Assembly (NCBI GenBank): GCA_951406725.2
Contig: OX597838.1
Coordinates: 41,354,001-41,418,000, forward strand
Direction: 5' to 3'
Length of the DNA: 64,000 bases
Source: Octopus vulgaris
Lineage: Eukaryota
Under the pieces are notes generated by a model, which made no database searches, was not told the DNA's origin, and saw only the letters and a list, made by a program, of their open reading frames with translations. A program made the position numbers and the translations under genes. Position 1 is the stretch's first letter; every line of letters starts with the position of its first letter. Below, piece by piece: positions 38,234 through 47,953 of this stretch.

Positions 38234-41200
38234 GTATGTGTGTATTGATATATATACACACACACACACACATTCTCGAGCAGTCCTACATCAGATCTCT
38301 TTTATGCTTTACAATTATGCCAACTGACCATTTCGTTAACAACTGCTGCAACAGAAGGCAACCAATTTCTCTCCAACAGCTGCAATGAGTCATTTCTGGA
38401 GACATCAGTGCTTTCCATAGCCACATTCATTAACATCACAATAAAAGTGTATCGTCTACACCGATGGTGGTGTCACTTGGACGGCAGCCAGTCAATAATA
38501 ACTAAATATTCTAGTGGTAAGTAGAAAATATAGATCTAAAAATCAAACAGCGATCACACAAATGAACCAGTTTCAGAGTGGAATTCCAGGGAGAGTCCAG
38601 TGCAGAGTCTCAATGCATGAATCTGTTGCTGTAAGTTTTAACTGTGTTGCACTGAGCCAACTAGGAGAGTCTCTGCTAGACATACCAGCCAAATCTTTCA
38701 AATCATTTCTGCCAACAAAAAAGGGGGAAGGTCTATCTAAGACTACAATATTCAAAACATTTGGAAAGAAAAAGACAGCCATCGTTCAAAATGTCTGCTC
38801 CTATCTGCTCAATCAGAGCTGACCTGGGGTTAAATATTAATCTTCTGGAAGCTGTGCAAACAAATGCCTCACTCACCATACCTTAAACATCTTGCTTCTC
38901 TGGGCATTGATGCACTGAAGTTCCACTATTTAGCAACTGACTCAATAGAAGCCTACAAGAATAGTCACCATTCTGCAATAACTTTGGTCACTTTTTTAAA
39001 TTCAACAGGTGGACAGGCATATGAGATCAGAAAAAAGCGCAGCATGACTTTTGGAAAAATCTTTTTGCACTCAGAATACTCTTTACTCTTACTTGTTTCA
39101 GTCATTTGACTGCGGCCATGCTGGAGCACCGCCTTTAGTCGAGCAACTAGACCCAAGGACTTATTCTTTGTAAGCTCAGTACTTATTCTATCGGTCTCTT
39201 TTGCCGAACCGCTAAGTAACGGGGACGTGAACACACCAGCTAAGGTGACAAACACAAACACACACAAACATATATATATATATACACACACATATATACG
39301 ACAGGCTTCTTTCAGTTTCCGTCTACCAAATCCACTCACAAGGCTTTGGTTGGCCCGGGGCTATAGCAGAAGACACTTGCCCAAGATGCCATGCAGTGGG
39401 ACTGAACCCGGAACCATGTGGTTGGTTAGCAAGCTACTTACCACACAATATATAATTGAAGCATAGAATAAACTAGCCACATGAGTTGTTTGCTGTCAAA
39501 ACACTGCACCTTCCAAAAATTCCATGCTTCTTGAAATTCACCCATGCTACACCTGACATACCTATCCAACTTTTAATGTTCACTCTTCTGACTTCATGTA
39601 CTTCTGGGTATTTTTCATTTAATCCTAACTTTCATTATTGTCTGTCTGTCTACTTCAATTTGTCCCCTCTTTTGCTCCTTGCCAACAAGTTACAGAGCAC
39701 CTGAACACATCTCCCACTTCTAGTTTCTATCTTACACAAACAATTCAACAACACTCATCTATCTACTCTCAACACATTCTGCCAGGTTCAAATGTGAATA
39801 TCAAATTGATGTTGTTTTTCATCATCAGAGAACACCTGTTCCCTTTAGACAAGGTTTCTTTCATAACACAGATGATTCACAGGTACATGGGGACTTTGAG
39901 ACACTGCAGTGTTTCAACCTCATTACATGTCTCCTCAACCAAAGCTATCCAGCTAGACTGCTGAATCTAACAGGAGCATCAGCTCTTATTTATAGGAGTA
40001 AGCTAACAAATTATCGGCTGACGTCTGCCAAATAAGTTGTCAAAAGAGAGGAGGTGTTGTTTAATGATGAGAAACGAAAACAATCAGTTATTCATATTCA
40101 AATCTGCCGGGACATGTTGAGAAAGAATGAAGATGTTGTTTGGATTCTTGTGGTTCTCTGTGAACCCCAGGAATTACTTAGGTTTCTGTTTAATAAAACA
40201 GAAAAAAGTCCAAATGAATTGTAATTCCAATCACTGGACTGTGACCATTTAAGGATTTTACTCAAACCTATCAACCCCAATATTTCAGTTTTGATCTTAT
40301 TTTATATCTATTTGTTGACTTGCTTCGTTACATAACAAAGGAATTCCAAATAAACAGGTTTTTAGACTTGTGTAAACATAAAAAGTCATGCATAAACAAT
40401 TCTTTAACCATACAGCTGTGGCCATACTGGGGCACCACCATACATAGCTTCTATCTCTTTGCACTCACTAGATATTGGTGACTTAAGTGAGATTGGTCCT
40501 GGAACCTTACAGTTCTGGGCCTAAACCCCTCCTTTTGCACAAAGCTAACTTTTCAACTGAACAGCCAAAATCAAAATTTAAATTTTCTATAATACTCAGC
40601 CAAATTACATTGTGACATTTCCAGATCACTGTGTAATTAGGCCAGTGAGTAATTAGGACTTTCTTTCACATGTGTGTGAAAGAAACACATTGAGAGATAT
40701 TGTTTTTATGCCATGTGAGGAGGCATGGCCATAAAGGCCTAGTCAATTCCCAGACGAGGCAGCATGTTCGGTTCTTGAGCAGAACACTCCATTTTCCATT
40801 GTTTTAGTACTGGCGACAGGGGGGGGGGGGGCTGGAATGTTAAAGACTAGATCCAACATTTCCTCTGCATGTTGCAAAAGGTAATTAAAAGTGGTTAAGG
40901 CAGGATTTGCACACACACCCCTCACCAGCAAGCACTACCCTAACAGACCCATGGGTTGGAGGTTTTTCACTCAAGTGATGCAAAAGAATCACCAACAAAT
41001 GGTGGACGTAACAACATGCTATTACAGCACATGCTACCATACTACTACTACTACTACTACTATTTTTACACCCATTTTTTTCCACACTGGCATAAATTAG
41101 ATGAGTACTGAGGCAGTGACCTATGACCAGATGCCCTTCTTGTTGTTCAAGTAAGGCTATTTTTATTCCACTGGTCTTCACAGAGCAAAACCAATGAAAT

Positions 41201-44200
41201 TCTCAAGCTATAGCACATACTGCTTACGCAACACAAACACAAGACACGCTTTTGTTCAAAAGTTTGTGTTAAAACACTCAAATGTGTATGAGCACACACA
41301 CACACAAAACATTTCTCTAGCTTCTGTCTAAATTTCACTCTCAAAGAATTGGTTGGCCAGAGGTTAAAGTAGCAAACACTCGCTAAAAGTGCCATTTACT
41401 GGGATGGAACCAAAAACTAAATGGTTTGAAGTAAACTTTGTAGCTACTAAAGACCATGCAATTTAATCACAGATTCTAAATTCCCAAAGTCTAAATAAAT
41501 ATATATTTAATAATTTAACATCTGTTTAATATGTATGTATGTGTGTGTATATATGTATATATATATATATATATATATTAGTATGTCAGCAACATATTGT
41601 TATGGGCAACCTTCAACATTTTTCTCATCCAAGAGAGTTTTTAACCCAATATTCTACATGCCCTTATTTTAAAAATGATTTATTTCACATAAACATAATT
41701 CCCTATACTATATTCATAACCCTAAATCAGAGATGCTCAACCATCCACTTGTACCATTATGTAAACAAAACTCCTGCCAATCATATTTTTATTTACATTT
41801 TCAATAAACAATTCTTCGCAGCCTGCAAAGCAGAGAACTAAGTAAGAATTCTTAAGAAGATCAAAACTAAACTGCCTGGTGCTCATTTCAAGCTGTTTTT
41901 AAGGGTAACTTTGCATCAAAACGAAACAGATGTTTATTCAACATACGGGTGTAACTCCACACACATACAATTACCCACACCTTCACAATTATCAGTAATT
42001 CCCTGCCTTGACAAATTTCTGAACCCTAGTTTTTGTAGGATGGGAGCAAACAAAAATACCCACTAATTTTACAATGCAACTGCACCTTGAGAGAGAGGGG
42101 CTGATACTTTTAGGGAGAGCAGAAAAAACGGGGGAACCAACTGGAGAGAAGCAGAAAAGACAGCCCCCCAGTTGAGAACAGCAAGAAAAGTCATCAAGAG
42201 CAAGTGATCCCTAAGGAGGGAATGAAGGGCTTATGTAAAAATAAGTTGCTAGATGCATCAGAATTATTCATCTGTGAAAGAAATTGTTGGGACAGATTTT
42301 ATGTTAGGGTGTTTATTTCTTCAATTCATCTGGTAATGTAGGTTTGGTTCAATAAGATGATGGGATGCTGCAACACTGCACAATATGGAAAGACACACTT
42401 GAAATAGGCAATGATTGAAGGTGGGGAATTTTTAAGTAAGGTAATCCTCAACATAAATGCAGATTAAAACAAAACAAAAAACAACAAAAAAATGAGTGTA
42501 GGATATGTAAGAGGACATTTTGAAGAAAGTTCTAAAAGTTTTGACTACAAAGAACTGATTTCAGGTTGTTTATTTTTCCCAAATTCAATTTCTTTTCTCT
42601 TCAGTAAATGAATTGTTGACGTGTTTTTCAGTCTGTCATTCCGCACAACATGGTGTGTCTGGGCTATATTAGTCACAACTAGTGAGACAGACAACCTATT
42701 TCAGGCAAATTCACTCCCACCAAACGTGACAACGTTGAAGTTTGTTAGTCTGCCGCCACCATCTTTTCTTACACGTGTTTATACTTATAACACATTCCAT
42801 TCACAAGGAAACGTTTGCTTTTACTATCTTTCTCTATCACTACTACTACTACTACTACACATACATTCATATAACAAACACATACAGGCAACCATCTTAG
42901 TTCTATCTTGTTGATACATGGATGAAGTTCTTATGTAAGTTGTCTGTTATGTACGAGATTTTATATATATATATATATATATATAAACCAGTTATGTAAG
43001 CTGTATATTATGCATACAATACAACACAAACCAGTTATTAAAAAAATGTCCAGAAAAGCAGACAGCAGTGTTCCTGCAACTGTCTTCCAACCCTCACACC
43101 AATCTGACATCATCCCACCTCATCCCACAGATGACCTGATAAAAACTAGTGAGGCTGCTGATAACCAGTTCTCTATTCTTAAACAAAAAAATTTTTTTCC
43201 ATTCACAAACCACAATAGACCATTCTTTCTGCTGTTTCTTCACTGGATAGAGGAAGCGAGCCAATCACAGGCGCTATTTTCACCAGTTTCTCCCTACCAC
43301 CCACCTACCTACCTTATTTAGGTTCTAACATTTTAATTCTTCATACTCCATTTTATCATATTCTTCTCTTCATATCTTTGGATGAGAGACAAACAATAAT
43401 TCCTATCTCCTACAGACCCAGATAGCCGTCATACAATATGGTAACCTAACTCTCAGCAGAGAATAGCTTTTTTTTTTTTTAAAGAAAAGATATTTTAACC
43501 AGTAAAATCAGTAAGTTTTTTGTGTTTTTTTTTTTTTTTTTGGATGGGGGTGTCCAACTAAACTGTTTAAAACTTTGTATTTCTCTATGCTACCAAAATC
43601 TTTATATATAAAAGTGAAGTTGTGTGTCTGTCTCCTACGATTTAGATTCCTAACTACTCCCACATTTTGCGGTGTAGTTTAACCAAAACCGGGTATCTTA
43701 TAGTCGTGATTCATATCGAGCCCGTCTGGCTATTAGCGCGCGTCTACAATAAGTCTACGATTTAAAAAAAATTTACCATCATTTTTTTCCATTTTGATGC
43801 ATTTTTTTCGCTATTATATAAGGGAAGTAACTCTCTAAAAATGTCTACGATGAGTCAACGATTTAAAAAAAAATTTACCATCATTTTTTTTTCCATTTTT
43901 AATGCATTTTTTTCATATTTTTTGGCTATAACTCTCTAAAAATGCTTATATAGTTATTTCCCTTACAAACCCAAGCAACGCCGGGCGTTACTGCTAGTTA
44001 CTAATAAAGCAGGATGAAGGAGATATATTATTTTTACCAGCCAATCTAGAAATTTGAAAAGCTCCTTCTTCTGCCAAGTAGTTAATGAGAGGAAAATGTC
44101 CTATTGATTCATCAAACTCTATCTTTCTCTCTCCTTGTCTCCTTCCTCGGCAGAAGGAGACAAATACAATGGAAATAGGTTTGTGAATTGGATTAAATCA

Positions 44201-46263
44201 GTCGAGTCAAACTGACCTGCAATGCCAAATCACTTATCGCAGCAAAAAGCTAGGATAGGTATTTAAAGAGCAAAACTGGAATTAATAAGATGTTGAACAG
44301 ATTAACAACAGTTCAAATGTCACCAGTGGTACGCGGTATCCATGCACTCACTCCTCACAACTACAATGAAACAGTGATAAGGAGTGGGTGCACCATGTAA
44401 TTAACAAGCGTTTTGATGACTTGCAGCATTGATTTGGAAACATTCTACTGGCCAGGAGATAGTCATGGAATTTCAGGGTAACAAAGAATTTCCTGTGATT
44501 CAATGGTGATGTTTATTAGTCTGAGATAGAAAACGGTAGGAAGGAAATTGCTTGACAGTCATGGCAGGATAGGAAGGAAGTGAAAATACCTTTTTCTGTA
44601 GTCGGATGACTGAGGTCCACTTCTTCTCAAGTAACCCAGCATATTTCTTGTCAATCTCTCCTGGCTGGTTAAAAAAAAAGAAGAAAAAAGCAATGAGTAA
44701 AACGAATTAGAAAAAATACATGTATACACACACAGCTAATAACAGTTTAATGAATGCACATAAATCTAGCTCCTTCACACTCCTTCACCACCCCCATCAC
44801 AGATTAGTGCAGAGCCCAGATTAACCTTAAGTTGACTTCAGAGAAGGGAGATTAATTAAAACTCAAAACATTTATGAAGTGATGATAAATAGCATACACT
44901 AATGAATAGCATTATTTTATTAATGACTGACCATAGGGAGTAACAACAACTCATTAACAATACAAAAAAAAAAAAATGGTGAATATGAAGAATTATCAAT
45001 TTCTTGGACAATTCTCCAGATCCTACACAGGTCCCAGCCATCACCTCAAATACAACCTTAAGCACTGCTCCGACAGCCAGAGTCTTAATTCATTTCCTCT
45101 CACCTGAACATCAACAACAACAACAACCATCTTCCAGTTCCTCTAGTTTTAATTCTTTTCATACAAACCCACCCGAGATTCACCCTGGGTCTAGGAAACA
45201 AACCTTTTTGTTTTCAAATGATCTAGTTTAAATGCCTTCCATTAAATTTTCACGTGAATCTTATATTCTAAACACAAGCTTAATAAAAAAAAAATTATTT
45301 TAGTAATCGTTCATTATTTCGAAAACTGATGGAATTGAAAGGTAGAGGATTTTAACAGAAATATGGTAACAAAAGGGTTAAGACACTCCTGCTACCTCAC
45401 AGCATCTACTGGACCTGTTGTTCTACACAGCCCTTCAACTACCAGCAGGCAGGTCTTCCAGCTCCCTTTTAAGTCTTCACCTTCACTGACTTTCAATACA
45501 CACAATTCTACAAGGTTAGCTATACACCCAAAGCAACACTGTTGCTGCAGAAACCAAATCAGTTGCGGTTCTGAAATGTCTGCCCCAGGTGCTGCCCTCA
45601 CCTGTGTCTCTAACCAACACCAAGGTATGCTACTTTTTAAGGTGAGGGCATAGTTGTAGGGTTTAGAAGCTTGCTTTGCAACCACCAGCTTTTGGGTGCA
45701 ATTCCACACTGCAATACCTTAGGCAGCTGTTTTTCCACTAGAGCCCTAGGCCAACAAACCCCAGTGAATTTGGATAACAGAAACTGTGTAGAAGCTCATC
45801 ATGTGTGTGCATGCGCACACGCCTCCCCCACCTGTCAACCAACGTTGCTTTGTTTACGTCCCTTGGGTAAAAAAGATTAATAGAATAAACACCAGACTTA
45901 AAAAACTAAGTACTGGGGTCTTGTTTGACTAAATCCTTCAAGATGGTGTCCCAGTATGGTCACAGCCAAATGACAGAAACAAGATAAAAACTACACTGAG
46001 TTTCTAGATGAATCCTTTCTCCAAGCTTAGTTTTTGCTGTTTCTGCTCTTAACAATCAATCCAACCCTAAACCAAGGTAATTTTCTGCACAAAACCCTTT
46101 GCTCCATTAATCAGGGGACTTGGAAGTAGCTGGGGTCAGTGTCACTAACCACTGTGTTGGTCCCTATCAGTAATCTCTTTAGAAATCAAGACAGTCCAAT
46201 ACCCAAAGACTTTTGGCAGCAGATGGGCTTTCTTTCTGATAACCCAACTGCATACCAAAGCTA

Positions 46264-46299
<36 letters not shown>

Positions 46300-47393
46300 C
46301 ATCCATCACATTACCAATTCCAAGACCATCAATTTGTTCATTTATATCTTATACTACATCAACAGCACCTCAATGACAGATCAATATATGTTGTGATCAA
46401 GCAGACTGTCAGATTCTGTTATACACTGCTGGTCACAGTGTGCTTTCAAATGATGCCACCCCCTGCTGACCAGGCCAACACCCCACCCCCTGATACCAGT
46501 CCATTACAGGGGAGGGGGGTACCCATTTACAGCTGAATGAACTGGAGCAACATGAAGCCATCTGCTCAAGGATGCAACGTGCAGCTGGTCTGAGAATCAA
46601 ACGCCCCCCCCCCCCCATGTAAACTAACATTCCTAAATGGAGAGGGCAAAAATATTAAATGACAAGGAGAGCCAGTCTCCCTAGGTTTGTTGCCTGGCTC
46701 TTCACATCATAAAGTACAGTCCTAAATTCCTCAGCAAGTGGAGTCTATATTGGGGTCAAGAACAAGTGCTCAGAATCAAAATCAAATTACTCCCCAAGTG
46801 CAAAACTTGCTGGTTCTAACAATATTACGAAGAAGGGCTGTTGACAATCGGCCCAGAACCAATATCAACCAAAGAATTTATTATCAGTAAACACTGACAA
46901 TAAATGCTAGTATGACAAAAGATTTAGAAAGGACAGATATAAATGTCTGGGAATTGGTGTAGATGGACAAAAGGAAAGAATTAAGCCAAAAGGAATCTAT
47001 TTTGACAGAGTGAGATAATGGTAAAGAAGTCCTTTAGTCATACCAGAAATCAACTACAGCTTTAATTATGAAAGTATTGTGTAGGATAATGAAGGTAGAA
47101 ATCTCTGTGCAATACTTTACTTTTCACATTAACACAAGACTTCCCCATCACCACCACATCTGCCATGCAAGGGGGGGGGGGTTAGTCAACTGGATCCACA
47201 GCTCTGTATCGGCCACTCACTGATCTTACACAGCACAGGAGTGGCTGTGTGGTAAGTAGCTTGCTAACCAACCACATGGTTCCGGGTTCAGTCCCACTGC
47301 GTGACATCTTGGGCAAGTGTCTTCTGCTATAGCCTCGGGCCGACCAAAGCCTTGTGAGTGGATTTGGTAGACGGAAACTGAAAGAAGCCTGTC

Positions 47394-47453
<60 letters not shown>

Positions 47454-47908
47454 CTGTGTTTGTCCCCCCCTAGCATTGCTTGACAACCGATGCTGGTGTG
47501 TTTACGTCCCCGTCACTTAGCGGTTCAGCAAAAGAGACCGATAGAATAAGTACAGGGCTTACAAAGAATAAGACCCGGGGTCGATTTGCTCGACTAAAGG
47601 CGGTGCTCCAGCATGGCCGCAGTCAAATGGCTGAAACAAGTAAAAGAGCTATGAACACAGAAGAGATAAGGTTCACAAATACTACCTCAGTTTGTTTTTT
47701 TTGTTTTTTAGCTCAGTGCTGTTGTTGTTGTTACCTCACCACAATGGTGATGACAACGATTATGAATAAAGGCCCAGATTCATTGTTTATAGCCGAAGGA
47801 AAATTGATTTTTCCTTTCTGGAGCAGGCAAGATGGGTGAAAAGCAAAAAGTGCCAAGATGAACATCAATATCCACACACACACAAATGTAAACACTGACT
47901 ATACATAC

Positions 47909-47953
<45 letters not shown>

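Noticed and set aside
36575-40691. Direct repeats as LTRs of a retrotransposon
   Set aside because: No TG...CA termini, PBS, PPT, TSD or gag/pol remnants between them.
44661-44666. Tandem acceptor (cag|CCAG|) at the 75-nt exon
   Set aside because: The alternative AG shifts the frame by 4 nt and there is no evidence of use; the upstream AG gives the conserved 75-nt exon.
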